Assembly: GCA_036785375.1 (NCBI GenBank)
Contig: JAWMAR010000143.1
Location: 3,720,001-3,784,000 of the forward strand
Length of the DNA: 64,000 bases
Reading direction: 5' to 3'
Source: Leucoraja ocellata
Taxonomy: Eukaryota
How positions within the stretch are numbered: position 1 is the stretch's first letter; every line of letters starts with the position of its first letter. The translations under genes and the position numbers were made by a program. A model generated the notes under the pieces. The model worked only from the letters and a program-made list of their open reading frames with translations. It searched no databases and was not told the DNA's origin. Of this stretch, positions 23,943 to 37,578 are shown one piece after another.

Positions 23943-25079
23943 TCCACCTCTTCACACTTCATTTCCTCCTTGCCCCATGACTTGTTCAGATTCGTATCTT
24001 GCAGATGGGGTAAACCTGTAGGTCTCGTAACAGAATAATTGCCACTGACATTAGGAAATAGCCAGTGCCCAATGCGTGGTTTTCTTTAAATAAAAACATA
24101 AAATGCTGGAAATACTCAATAAGCCAGGCAGCTTCTGTGAATGAGATACTCAGTTAACTTTACCAGTGATGACCTTTCATCACAGTCTTTGGTTTTACCT
24201 CTGGTTTGTCTTGTTGACTCGAATGGAAGCTACACGGGAATCTGCAACATCATACCACTAACAGGGTTACAGGCCTTGGCATGGAGATGTATTTATAGAT
24301 AAACAGGCAACATAGGAGCCAAATCCTTTTCCATTCTAGTACAGTGCAGACTTGCCAGGTAGCATCCTCAGAATGACAGACAAATTACTTTGTTGTTATG
24401 TGGTGCAATGAAATTCCTTGTTCACATGAAGCTTACAGAGTAAAGAGTATATATACAATAATGATAAAGATGTGAGTATACTATTGCAATGCTACGCTGT
24501 GGAGATGTCTATTATCATTGAAAAGCCTGTCTGCCTGCATTCTATTTAAGCAGAGGATGATCTCCTAGAAGCAACGATGAATAGGAAATTGTGAAGTCTT
24601 GCATGGAATTCCATTCTGGCCTGGAAAGAGTCCCACACATAGAGGTTTATTCCAGGATCATTGGCAGTATGGGTCTTGCCATTATGACTGCAAATGTCAA
24701 TGATAGATTTCAGTGAAATTATCCATTTTCAAGCAAGGATTTCATATCCGACAAAACAATTTGCAGGAAGAACTGTGGATCGAGCAGCATTGGGGATGCT
24801 CACCACAGATGCTCCTCAACATGCTGAGTGTTTCCAACAGATTGCTGTTTGCGCTAGGTTCCAGCATCTGCAGTCTCTTGTGGTTTCAAGGATGCCTTGT
24901 GCATTTTCCCCCAGAAGACACTTAACTTGAAAACATATCAAAAGCATGGAAACCCCTTGTAGAATTCAAGCAACATCAGGGAACAATCTGTTAACAGTTG
25001 GTGATGACTTTAAGTACCACTGCTAGGGACCCATCCTGGTTTACATTTGTTTGATAGAGGTAAAGATAAAAGTTAAAAT

Positions 25080-26300
25080 TACAAGAAATCTGAAGTAAAA
25101 ATAGAAAGCTGTGGAATGACTCAACAGGTCATGTAGCTTCAGCAGAGAGAAGCTAAGTTAATGTTTTGGGCAATGTTCTGTCATTAGAAATGGGGATTAA
25201 AATAGAAATCAATCATTCTTTCAGATGCAAAAAAAAAGTTGACATGGAGCAGACAAAGGGGATGTACTATTTATGATCAGGTAGAGACCAACGAAGCTGA
25301 AATACATAAGAGTTGGAGTAAATATTTGAGTTGGATTGCGAAGGCTTGTAAATTGGAGGAGATTTCTAGGAATGAAGAAAGAGAGAAGACAGAGAAGAAT
25401 AAAAATTGCTGGCAGAAACCTGAAATATTGCACAGGAAAATGCTAGAGATACCCGGCAGATCCCACAGCAATGGTCGAAAGTCAATTTTACTGGTTGAAG
25501 ATCAATCATTGGAATCTGGTCGGGTTTGATTCAAACTGGAAATGCTGGTTTTCTGAAATTCATTAATTCAATTGTGAGCCCTGAGGATTGAAACAGGCCG
25601 TCTGCATATGAGATAACATTCTTCAGTCTTATTTTTAGCTTTGTTGGAACAGTGAAAGATGGCAAAGACAGAGATTTCAGTCTGCTAATAGGATAGACAA
25701 ATCTGAAGAAATAAATCCTTGCTGGAATCTTTCCCATCTCATGGCATCTTCCCATGTAGCTGCAGGGGATCCATCAGCTGCCTGGTGCCAAGTGACGTTG
25801 AGATTCACTAACGATTTTTTCACTTTATTGTATTGTGTTCCATTGCTAATCTCTGTTGGATTCGATTGACCCATAGCTTTTAGTTGCTTATAATTTTAAT
25901 TCTCCATTCCACTCCCATTCTGAATACCCCAATTTTGGCCTCTCACACGATTCCTGTAAAGTTTAATACAAGTCCTGTTTTCTGTCTGGGCATACCAAAC
26001 CCTCAGAATTACATATTGAATTCAACAAGTTATAATAACCAGTCTTCCCATATTGTGTCACAGCTGATCAATTCTGATGTAATGTCATCAACGTGTGACA
26101 TGAATTCAGGGGTTTTTTTCTCATTACAGATGACGTTTGACCTTCTAGGTCATTCTAGCATCCGCTTTATTTCAGATTTCCAACAACTGCAATGTTTTGT
26201 ATCCCAATCATCTCTCCCTCTGTCCTCGTTCATTTTCCTTTACCTCTTTCAGACTGATCAGTCTTGTTTAACAAATCTTCACCACTTTCTCTCAGATAGC
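25080..26300. mobile_element. Old Penelope-like remnants (minus ~25080-25650, plus ~25900-26300)
   Basis: Degenerate terminal units, plus aattcaattgtgagccctgagg and catattgaattcaacaagtt, which resemble the ORF end at 30235-30260. Confidence 0.4.
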
Positions 26301-26319
26301 ACCAACTAATTGTAGACAT

Positions 26320-26975
26320 CCCCTTTGATCTTCACATCCCACCTCCCATCACATCCCCCCACAGCGGGATCAACGTTTCCCACTGTGAGGGAAGGCACCA
26401 AGTTCAGTCCTCTTCCCCTGTTCACCCGTGGTCGGGGCCTATCTTGGCCTCCGCAGTGTCCGAAGCGACGGCCCAATGTTTCAGGCCCTCGAACGGAAGA
26501 ACACTCTCAGCAGCCGGAGCCTCCGAATCGGCTGCTTCCTACCGGAGACCGCGGCTTCCAAAGTCCACAGGCCAAGCTAGACGGAGATTCAATGCTGGCG
26601 ACCTCGGTGAGAGATCCCAGGCTCCACAATGTCAAAGCCAGCGCTGCCAGGGGCTGGAAGCTCCCGCCGCCCGTGGCAGGAAGCTCCGCAGACCACAGCT
26701 CCATGATGTTCAAAGTCGACAGTCCCAGCACTCCGGAGCTCCAACATGGCGATTCCCGGTAAGGCATCGGTCACTCCACGATGGAATCCAGTGCTGTGCC
26801 ATTGCTGAATCTGAAGCTCTGGCCGATCTCCGGCAGGAAAGGACGCGCCAATCCAGATGATAGACCGCGAGGAGGGGGCGAAGATGCGGCTCGGAGAATA
26901 GTCGCATCCTCGACCAGGAAGTGACTAAGAAAATGTTTCCCCCTCCCCCCACATAAAAAAGACTAAAAGACCTTT
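26320..26975. repeat. GC/CpG-rich unclassified interspersed repeat
   Basis: Abrupt GC-rich block in AT-rich flanks with internal recurrences (gctccacaatgtcaaag / gctccatgatgttcaaag; ggaagctcc x2). No recognisable protein. Confidence 0.5.
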
Positions 26976-28593
26976 AGTCTTTTATTAGTTTTATTACTTT
27001 ATTTCTTTATTATTTGTTTGCCAGTTCTATGGAAGAAATAAAATTGATGGTTTACCCTACTGGTTACACTCAATTCAAGTTGACACAATACTTTCTCCTG
27101 TTTATCCTTTGTTTCAATGGTGATATGAAGCAATAGTAGTGAATAGGTGGCCTATCGGTTTTGTCAGCCTGAAACATTGAGAGTGCAAAATGAAGAAGAA
27201 AATAATGCCCCTATAAAGCTTTCGTTGTCTCCCTTCATCTCTGTGGGATTACCGCTTCTTGGTCACCCGCAAATTAACTGATTTAAAACCAACCATCAGA
27301 AGATTCATAACAGTGGCATGTTTCAATCTGTACTACTCTCTTTTAAGGACAATGTGGCCTCAGACTCATGCTTGTCAGTGTCAAGCCTCTTTACTACTCT
27401 CCTGGTAGTGTAAAAGCAGTGATGCTCCATAGTGCTTAAAAATAATTAACTTTATAATGTCGGGGGAAAGGAGAGGCATTAAATTATGCTTTAGAATCAA
27501 TACTTGTTTCCCCACAGATATCTACATCGACAGATGTATTGTATTTAACTTAAAATACTTTCTAAAACATATTTTGTACACACAATGATTTCTGTGCATA
27601 GTTTGGTTTCATTGTCTGTCCTGTTGAAAATCATTCAGCTGCAAGACCAGAATATGAAAATTATTAATATTCATATATGATATCAGAAACTGAACATTTA
27701 TCCTGGTATACCAACATTCAGGATAGCAGATGTGTCAAAAATTGTTACTAAAAAGATCATTAAGTCCAAATTATTTACCATGGCATAAATTCCCAGATTA
27801 AAACTGTACTAATGTAGTGTTAACAATTTTAATGAAAGTATTAACCTTGCTATCAAAATAACACTAATTGAAAAACCTTGGTTTTTCGATTAATCGCGAT
27901 GATTCAGGAAGTGTTGTAATTTAGTCGACTCATAAAGCAAACAAATCATCCTTTAAATCATAATATTAAAAACAAAACAAAATATGTTCTGAATTACTGC
28001 ATATAATACTGCAGATATAATTCCCATTCATGAGGGAGTATCTCTTTAACAATATTTTTTGGCAACTACAGAAATGTCAACAAAACAGCTTTAAAAAAAG
28101 GCCCTAGATGCTTTCGCAGATAATACTTGTGATGTTTCATGGCTTGGCAATAACCATGGGTCTCCTTTGAGGCTTTCTGCCATAAACTATGAAGGGTTTG
28201 AGGTAGACTGCCAGAATGAGTCATTGCTTGCTTGTATTTTTTTATAATGTCACTCTGCCAAGGGCATGGACCTTTTCTATTTTCATTCTTTGTGGGCTTT
28301 CCTTCCCACAACAGTGTGGTTTTTCTTTAGCCAGCTGAATGCTTATTTCATGCTAGGTGCTATTTCTCCCAAATGAGTCTTCCACAATCAGCCCACATTT
28401 ATTGTTATTGCATTTATCAAATGAGAAATTGCTTTGGAAAGATTAAAAGCAGATCTCATTGTGGTTTGTTCTGGTACAAAGGTCATTGGTACCATCTCTG
28501 GTTAGTTTGGGAGTTTCTCATGTTTCTAGTATCGTTTGTTGTCCTTTCACGCGATATTTACCAGGAAGTGGGCACCCTGGATGGTAATGAAAT

Positions 28594-28835
28594 GTAATTT
28601 TCACACAGAGAGTTGTGAGTCTGTGGAATTCTCTGCCTCAGAGGGCAGTGGAGACTGGGTTCTCTGGATGCTTTCAAGAGAGAGCTAGATAGGGCTCTTA
28701 AAAATAGCGGAGTCGGGGGATATGGGGAGAAGGCAGGAACGGGGTACTGATAGGGAATGATCAGCCATGATCACATTGAATGGTGGTGCTGGCTCGAAGG
28801 GTCGAATGACCTACTCATGCACCTATTGTCTATTG
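28594..28835 (+). mobile_element. CR1 (HER1-like) 3' end
   Basis: tttcacacagagagttgtgagtctgtggaattctctgcctcagagggcagtgg (FTQRVVSLWNSLPQRAV) followed by the tail ...cctattgtctattgt. Confidence 0.85.
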
Positions 28836-29499
28836 TTTCTTCATGATGCAACAGTGAATTTCCACAAATAAGTTTCAGGTTCTACTAAAAGACTTCAAAT
28901 ACATCTTCTTTTATGCCTGGAATAAATTCCATAGCACTAAACTATTACAAATTTCCTTTGTTTAATAGTCAATACAATTTGTAACTGAAAAGGTACTGCT
29001 CTGTGAAAACAAATAATCCTCGATTTCAAAGCCGGAATTCAAAATTCTCACCACACTTGTAAATAAACAAATAATATTAATTTTTGAGTGGCAAGAATAT
29101 TTGTTTTTCGATTTTGTACAGTAAGCCAAGGTTTGCAAATGTTGTTTCTTTGCTAAGGCCCTTCATAGACATTTTGCATCTGTCTTGTTAACCCTTACTC
29201 TACTAAGTTCATCCTGGTGAATAAATGATGTAGTGCATTTCATCCATTTTTGGACTAATTCTCAGGATATTCTGTTCTCTATAGTTCCCCTCCAACTTTT
29301 TTTCTTGAGATATAATAATGATTGTGACATGTGTACAGGGGTTGGATTGGAAATATAGTAAATTGTGAAGATGGAACATTTTAATTATCTGGGTAGATAG
29401 ACAAAGCTAAGATTGTTATCCTGAAATGGGAGATTAGGATATTTTAGACAGATATTGATGGTTATTAAGGTTGAAGTGAGCCACACCAACTACCTTGAG

Positions 29500-30260
29500 C
29501 ACACCCAGCTTGTCTCTTGCAAGGATGCCATACCTTGCACTGTATTCCCCAATTGCTGCATCCAAGATGAGGCTTTCCACTCAAGGACATCCCAAATGTG
29601 CTCTTTCTTTAGTAAACGTGGCTTTCCCTCGTGACGTCACCCATGTCTCCTCTGTGTCCTGCTGTTCTGCTCCCACTACCCCTACCCATAGATGGAAAAA
29701 AAAGAGTTTGTCTGGGCTTCACCTTTCACCATACCAGCCTTCACATCCAAACCATCATTCTCCAACATTTCTACCACTATCAATGTGATCCCAACATCAG
29801 TCACATCCTCCAATCCCCACCTATTTCTGCTTTCCACAAGACCAATCTCTCTGCAACTCCTTGGTTTGTCATTCCTTCCTACCCAATCCACCTCCTCCCC
29901 AGGCACTTTCCCTGCACCTCCTCTTCCATTTCCATCCAGGGATCTCAGCAGTCCTTCCAGATACGACAGACCTACATGTGCACCTCTTCTAAACTCATCT
30001 ATTTCTCCTGGTGCTCCCAATGTACTCGCCTTTACATCAGCAAGACCAAACATAGATTAGGCAACTGTTTTGTCGAAAACTTGCACTCTGCCCATCAAGA
30101 CCTGCTGGATTGGTAATGATTTTAATTCACCTGCCCATTCTCATACCAACCTGTCTGTTCTGGGCCTCCTCCACTGCAGAGTGAACTGGAAAATCAGACC
30201 TTGATGATCAACTTGGGTATCTTATAATCCAATGCTATGAACATTGAATTCACCAATTAA
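29500..30260 (+). mobile_element. Penelope-like retroelement: RT C-terminal region and GIY-YIG endonuclease, decayed
   Basis: ORF 29631..30116 has FQIRQTYMCTSSKLIYFSWCSQCTRLYISKTKHRLGNCFVENL, matching the PLE GIY-YIG pattern (C..SN.IY...C..C..LYIGET.R.L..RF.EH). Confidence 0.8.
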
Positions 30261-30589
30261 GTAATAACTGCAATCCCCACTCTCTTTCCCCTGGCCCCAC
30301 TCTAGCCCTGTAGTGTACACATTTGTCCTGCCATCTCCCCCATGTTCGTTACCATGCTCCTTTCTCCTCCTCCGTATGCTCATCTACCAAGTCCCATATT
30401 TCCTTTTTGTACTGCTTTTTCACCTTTGCTCTATGAAATTCCACCCGTATCCCCCCCACCCCAGCTTTACCTTTCATACAATCCGTCCTGTCTTTATCTG
30501 CCACCCTGTGTGTTGCCTCCTTAGAGATAGTGACAAATGCTCACCACAAACATTTGTCACTACCTCCACCCAGGCTGAAAGTTGGATGC

Positions 30590-30705
30590 CTGCCACCCTG
30601 GCTGTTCCCTCTTCTACCACGTTGGAGGAGATGCCATGGCTAGAAAGCTCAGATGTCTAGACCTAAGAACAGCTTCTTCTCCTCTAATATCAGACTCCTG
30701 AACTA
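30590..30705 (+). mobile_element. Rex1/Babar ORF-end fragment
   Basis: caccctggc...ctcttc and tctagacctaagaacagcttcttc (HP..LF...SR.KNSFF). Confidence 0.5.
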
Positions 30706-30819
30706 ATCATCCCTTTCACATCCCTTTCTGAAAGGTGCTCGTGGATGTATCTTTTATCAAAGGGCAAAGGATTTGGGAAGACTTGGAAGATGTGGTGGTG
30801 GTGATGTGGAAGAATATTT

Positions 30820-31350
30820 TCAAAAAGGTGTTTGAAACCTGAGAGTGAGGGGGTGGGGAGTAGCAGAGACAGCTACTCTCACCAACACTTATGAAATAAT
30901 TAGATTAGCATCAGGGCATAGAAGGCTACTCAGTGAGAAATAGAATTAATGTAAATAGAAACGTGATGGCCAGTATGGCCCTTCAAAGCCTTTCTACTAT
31001 AAGAACATAGGAGAAAAACATCGAAGAATAGGAGCATGCCACTGGGCTCCTCTAGCCTGCTCCATCATTCAATATGATCGTGACTGATCTGACCCAGGTT
31101 TCATCTTCTCTCCTCTGCCAATTCTCCAATTTATTTTTTAAATAATCTACTCCCTCTTTATATACCCCCTTTGAGCCAGGAGATTCATCTGGTGAAATAA
31201 GTTCTCACAAACTTCAGTTTTAAAAGATCACACCTAACTTGTAACCGTGTTCCCTCATTCAAGATCTCCCCATTATTGAAAACATCACAGCATCGATCGT
31301 GCATTTTCCCTTACGAAACTTAAATCTTTAATAAGATAACCCTTATAATT
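30820..31350. mobile_element. Two old CR1 3' fragments, tail to tail
   Basis: Plus-strand piece ~30820-31000. Minus-strand piece ~31000-31350 (cctgctccatcattcaatatgatcgtgactgatctg). Confidence 0.5.
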
Positions 31351-31511
31351 CCATTTGCAAGACACAATTCAGGAAGGTGATGATGAAATACAGGCACTCC
31401 ATCCACATCCCTAAACACTCATTCCCATTGTAAGCAGTATCTATTATCTTTCGAATGCATTCCTCAGCAGCAGTACCTCCCAATTATGTAGACTCTGCCA
31501 CCAACCGAGTG

Positions 31512-31632
31512 TCAGGTGTTATGGGGAGAAGGCAGGAGAATGGGGTTAAGAGGGAAAGATAAATCAGCCTTGATTGAATGGTGGAGCAGACTTGAATGGC
31601 ATAATTCGGCTTCTATCGCCTATGAACCTATG
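31512..31632 (+). mobile_element. CR1 3' end
   Basis: ttatggggagaaggcaggagaatggggtt...atcagccttgattgaatggtggagcagact. Confidence 0.75.
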
Positions 31633-33866
31633 AAAATGAACAAAGCCGGAAGGCACATGGAAACACCAATGCTATTATTTGCCCTTTCGGGTCACACTTC
31701 ATCCCTTCTGGTAAAGATATCACTGCGACTTAATGTCATTGGACTCAACATCCTAGAACTCGCATCATGTTCGCACTTCAAGGACTTTAAAGTTAAAGAT
31801 GGTAGCTCACTGCAACTTCTCAAATGCAGCAGGGGGAATGAATGCTCGCTTTGCTCGTGATGCTGGCACATTCAGTCAATGCTTTTAGAAAAAAACCTTG
31901 CAAGACCCTCCTAAAATTCTATACCTGCCATTACCAAAAAAAACAAAGAATGCTGTCTCCTTCAGCCTTTATTCCCTCCATTAATTGTAAGAAGCGACTA
32001 TTTCATTTTTCTGAGCTGCTGCTAGATCACTTGCCCATGACCAGTGCACATTTGATGATTATCGTTATCCTGGACCTCTAACATATATCCTGTGTTTACT
32101 CAGAATTTCTATTTGTTACATTGTTTTTTACCTAGCTTTTAGCCCAGTTCCCACTTTAAAACTAAAAATGTGTACTCCAAAAGAGAGTTCAATGATGTTA
32201 AATTGAGCTGGTACATTCATGTGCATTAACCTTAACCACAAAAATTATTTTTAATTGAGACATTTTGCCAGAGGTTAGCAAGACTGAGATGATTTTGAGC
32301 ATTGCAGAAGTAGTTACTGAATAGGTGGTGCTTTCAATTTGGAAGTTGTTTCTTTTCCCCGAAACTACAGTGTTTCAAGTTTCTGTTTTTGCCCAGGGCT
32401 CTGACAATAGCAGGAAGCCAGCTTTCAAACAGCCCCAACATGCAACGATTGCTTAGGAACTCGTGTCTGGGCTGCTATTACCAACTAATTCAGAGCTATC
32501 CGGTAAGAGGCAGTTAGTAATCTTCCTCACTCGGTACCGCACTCTGACAGCAGGCAGAATGTTTGTGCTGGAAAGAACTGGCTTTTCAAATATTCCATAT
32601 AACTAAATTGAATGGAGCCCCACAAGCTATATATTTCATTAGATCCCAGGGGAAGTGTGGGACACAGCTTCCTTCTGCTTAGCTGGTATTTAGCCAAGAA
32701 CGTTCTCCAGGCCTAGTTTCTACAATACGCTTGCCCTAAAAAAAATATTCCACCAATCACCCAAAGGGCTATAAATTTGACATTTCCCACAGATCCTTTA
32801 AGGCAGTTATGTTGCTGTGTCAGCAGTATGTAGAAGATCAAGTGTTCTCTATTGTTTAACAGAGAACAGTTGAAACTTTAGCAAAACCAAGTGTTTCCTT
32901 TCACTGTCTTCAAAGTTTAACCGAAGATGTGAAAAGCAGCAGAGATATTTTACTAGATTTGTACTTCTTCTACAACAAATGAACAAATTGTAAATCTTTT
33001 TGTTGAAAAATGTAAGCAGCAATTAATGTGTCAAGAGATTTATGCTGAATATTTTGCCTCTTTTAAAATAAATTAACCTCCACTCTTCCACAAAATGAAC
33101 TTACTTGAAGGAATGAATGAGTTGTGGGTTTGGCTGCAAAAACGTGGAGTTGTTCTGGAAGGAATTACATCCTACAGGTCCGGGGCTTGCTGGCCATAAA
33201 GCAATGGAATTCATCCTACAAACACAGTGTCAAGTGGTTTGGAATAGATTTTGGCTTAGCCACATGTTACAGGTTCCCAGTACAGTGATGTTCATTGGTT
33301 GAATATATGGGTTTCCGGATTAATATTGATATTCCACCACTAGATGATCCTGGTATATTTAATAAACACCAGACTATAACTAGTGAAAGGGACATAGGAG
33401 TAGTTGATGATAATTCCACCAATTTATTTTTAATCATTGTCAATCTTCAGAACCAATATTGTTTTCTTCAGAAGTTGAGCAGTAAAGTCTAAATGGACCG
33501 ATTTCACATTCCACATCTTGCAACGAGTAGACTATCCAAATGTCTTTGTATTGATATTGGCATTAGGCATTTCTCCCAGTACCACTGACTTGCACAAGTA
33601 TAAAAATCACCAACATTGGAACAAGAGATTTGACAAGATAATATTTTAAGCTTTTAAATAATGTTTAACTGTAATCATGCTTCTTCTTTGAGCGGAAATC
33701 AGACTTTCTTTTCCCAGAGTGAAATTGCGTTTAAGTTTGTGCTCCAACTCATTTCTATGAGCACAAATATTGAAATCTATCCCGAGCCTGCATAATTGGT
33801 AACATTTCAGAATACAATTATTTTGTTTTCCTTCCAGTAAAAAAGATATTCCTTGCATTGCTGGTG

Positions 33867-34152
33867 TAGTTTAGGTTCGGTTTAGTTTAGAGATACAGCA
33901 CAGAAACAGGCCCTTCGGCCCACCGAGTCCACACGGACCAGCGATCCCCGCACATTAACATTATTTTACACACACTAGGGCCAATTTACACAAACACCAA
34001 GCCAATTAACCTACATACCTGTACTCTTTGGAGTGTGGGAGGAAACTGAAGTTTTCGGAGAAAACCCACGCGGTCACGGGGAGAATGTACAAACTCCACA
34101 AACCCGGATCTCCGGCGCTTCAAGTGCTGTAAGACAGCAACTCTACCGCTGT
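33867..34152 (-). mobile_element. HE1-type V-SINE with an internal deletion near the B box
   Basis: Reverse-complement homology to 20547-20865. Confidence 0.85.
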
Positions 34153-34364
34153 ATAACCATGGCTGTAGTTCATTTAATATAACTAAAAAATACTTTGGCA
34201 CTAAACTGAATATTTTTATTTAGCATGTGTTCCAGTTTATTGTTAGATGTATGTTTTCAGAATCTGGACATCAATGACAAATAGATTATTTATTGCATAT
34301 CTCTAAATATTCTTAAGACAGCAGTAAAATCTTCCATCACAATCTTTTTCATCTTGTCCACAGA

Positions 34365-35500
34365 TGGCATTACCTTTGTTACATGCCAATTTTAACTCCT
34401 GCTGCAACTTGCACCCTATATTCAGGCTACTGTTTTGGGGCCTGTAGATAAATCCCATTAGTGTATTTTTACCTTTACAATTCCTCAATTCTATCCACAG
34501 TGACTGTACATCATCAGTCCCTATGTCACCCCTCTCAAGGGACTGAATTTCATCCCGCACCAACAGAGCTACCCCACCTCCTCTGCCCACCTGCCTGTCC
34601 TTTCTTTTGGCCATATAACCCTGAATATTCAGTTCCCGACCCTCCTGCAGCGATGTCTCTGTAATCCCCACAATGTCACATTTACCAATCTCCAACTGAG
34701 CCTCAAGCTCATCTACTTTACTTCTTATACTTTGCGCATTCTTATATAATACTTATGATCCATTATGATCCATTACTCACTTCACCTTTCACATCAATTC
34801 CTATTTCACTTGGCCATACTCTCCTATCCCTTTGTGAGTTATATCCCTCCCCCCGCCCCCACTATTTAGTTTAAACCCACCGTGTAGCAGTGGCAAACCT
34901 GCCCCTGCCAGAATGCTGGTCCCACGCCTGATAAGGTGCAACCCGTCCCATTTGTACAATTCACCCTTACCCCAAAACAGATTCCAGTGGTCTTAGAATC
35001 TAAATCCTTGCCCCCTACACCAGTTCCTCAGCCACATTTCAGATCCCCTATCCCCCCTGTTCCTGTCCTCACCAGCACGAAGAACTGGAAGCAAACTGGA
35101 GATAACCACCCTGGGGGTCCTCCTTTTCAGCCTTCTTCTGAACTCTATAAATTCACGCTGCAGAATCCCTTTCCTCTTCTTCCCGACGTCATTTGTGCCG
35201 ACATGCACTACCACTTCCGGATGCTCACCTTCACCCTTGAGGATGCCCTGCAATCGATCTATGACATCCTGAATCCTGGCACCAGGGGGCCATCCTTGAA
35301 TCCTGCCTGTTGCCACAGAAACCCCTGTCTGTACATCTCACAATGGAGTTCCTGACTACCATGGCTCTGCCTGACATCTGTCTCTTCGGCTTTGCTTCGG
35401 CGCCACATTTTGACTCGCAGACGTGTCCACCGCTCAGAATGGCAGTGTCTTCTGTCTCGACAGCTTCCAAGAGGGTGAACCTGTATTCAAGAGGTATAAG
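34365..35500 (-). mobile_element. CR1 5' portion: ORF1 SGNH-esterase domain and ORF2 AP-endonuclease N-terminus
   Basis: PGARIQDV...VVVHVGTNDVG (ORF1 esterase) and DIVGITET...RGGGVALLV...GFIYRP (APE). Confidence 0.88.
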
Positions 35501-35554
35501 AGGTTGTCATGAGGACTTGCTTGATTCCTGCCAGGACCTTGCCCAATGTTTTGC

Positions 35555-35665
35555 ACTTCCTGAAACTATAGGAGCCAAATACAGGCAAATGGGATTAGTT
35601 TAGGATGGTGCCTTGGTCAGCGTGGAAGAGTTGCACCAAAGGGGGCTGTTTCTGTGCTGTACAAC
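35555..35665 (+). mobile_element. CR1 3' tail
   Basis: taggagccaaatacaggcaaatgggattag...gctgtttctgtgctgta. Confidence 0.6.
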
Positions 35666-36674
35666 CATGCCTTCATGACATTTCTGCTTGGTGTTCAGAG
35701 AGAATCATGCACAGGAGAATTCACTCAAGGGGATATTCAAGTTCTGGACACCAAGCCTCATGCCTTGAGGGGATGCCAGTGGGGAGAGGTGGGGTAGGGG
35801 TGGGAAAGAGACATTCAGATGATCCACCAGGCATAAAATAAGTCTGGAAGGAGGTAGTATGTCAAGGGGATTTAAACACTGCTTTTTACATTTAGACAAT
35901 GGAGATTTTCACAGGAAATGTATTTTGTGTGTAGTTCTTCAGGCAATGTGCCCCTCATCATGAAATAGGCAATTGTTGGAACAAGCCAACAAAATAACCA
36001 AATGGTTCATTCACTAATATGTTATTTAAACATAGATGGTTCTTCACGTCAGGATTCAAGGGATTGCATAAATTACCTGGACTGACCTTGGTTGTATTGT
36101 CTTGGTGATAATAATTGAAATGTGGAAATGGCCACGAGGAATTATATTTCACAGGCTTCTTATACAAATCGCCTGTCGTTTCACGAGCCCCATATATTTT
36201 AAGTTAGTTTAGTTGTCCTGCTGGTCTCTGTCACCTCTGCTGAGTTGGGAGACAAGACTGGAAGTGATGACCAATATTAATCTGCAACTGCCTTCCTCTT
36301 CCTCCATCTCCTGTTCCACATCATGGTTCTCAGGCTTTGTGGTTGCTTGTACTGCAGGCCGCTGTCTTCATTTGAAAACTTCTGCAGAATGCAGCAGGTG
36401 ACAAAGTCGTTTTGGTCAAGCATTGCTGGTCACCTGTAAGCTGATGCAGGCAAAATAATTGCACCTTCAGAAGAAGCATGATATATTATACTCGGATATG
36501 CCTACTTGCATGGCCTTTGTTGTATCTGTGCTCAACTGCTGCTGTTGGAGAGCACACTGGTGTTAGTAACCACAGGGAATGCAGAGTGGCTCATCCCTCT
36601 GCATGGCACTAAAAATGCCCAGCACTCCCAAGATGATGTACTTTCTGGATGACATTCACCCTGATTGTCCAGTG

Positions 36675-36780
36675 ATTGTCCATTCCCACCACAGATACTG
36701 CCTGACTCACTGAGTGTCTCCAGCACTTTGTAGTTTGCTCAAGATTCCAGCATCTGCAGTTGCTTGTGTCTCTATTCTCT
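36675..36780 (+). mobile_element. Older Penelope terminal unit
   Basis: cacagatactgcctgactcactgagtgtctccagcactttg...ccagcatctgcagt. Confidence 0.55.
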
Positions 36781-37111
36781 CTTTTTGAATCCATGATGGG
36801 GAAAGGTCTGCCTGCAGCATATAACATATCTTAGTGAGAGGAGTTTTGAAAAAACTGAGAATGCAAACACATTATTTATTAGCGAGGTCCAGACAGAATG
36901 TGAGAGCTCTAAAGCCTCTCTGGGAGTACGTTATTTGCTGATGGCATGTCGTTGTTCCTTGCCCAGAAGTGGCCACCTCAATCTGCATGGCCAATCATCA
37001 ACAAACAAGTCCTGGCAGTGGTGTGACCATTAATGCATTCATTAAATTAGTTTCTTGGCAGTTAAATGCTGAAAGAAATGAAACACTGTCTGTTGTAGCA
37101 CTGTCTGTTGT

Positions 37112-37330
37112 AGGAATCTGTAGAATTCTTTGCCACAGAAGGCTGTGGAGACCAAGGTAGTGGATATATTTAAGGCAGAGATGGATAGATTCTTGATTAG
37201 TATGGATGTCAGAGGTTATGGGGAGAAGGCAGGAGAATGGGGTTAGGAGGCAGAGAGATCAGCCATGATTGAATGGTGGAGAAGCCTTGATGGGCCCAAT
37301 GGCCCAATTCTGCTCCTATCACATGATCTT
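37112..37330 (+). mobile_element. CR1 3' end
   Basis: aatctgtagaattctttgccacagaaggctgtggag...gatcagccatgattgaatgg. Confidence 0.8.
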
Positions 37331-37578
37331 ATGATCACTCTGTAGACTTGGAAGATTTTTGCTGAGTTTTCTGTCGGTTCTGGATGTGCGCAGTCAGGTC
37401 TCTGGATGTCAGCAGTATGTAATTTTAAATTGCAGAATAGCAACAGTGTGACATGATGAGATGCTCGTTCCACTAACAATGTTCCATATAAGGTTGTGGT
37501 GTGGGGCGTTCGCTTCAGTTTATTTGGGGACAGGCAGAAATACGTGTTGCACAAATAATGATATTACTGACTGGTGCT

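Noticed and set aside
26325-26952. Overlapping GC-rich ORFs (145 and 138 aa)
   Set aside because: Open frames on both strands are explained by GC content. No homology recognised and no splice support.
34365-35665. Twin-priming inversion joining the minus CR1 5' part to the plus CR1 tail
   Set aside because: About 3 kb of element would be missing, the tail looks older, and no shared TSD was found.
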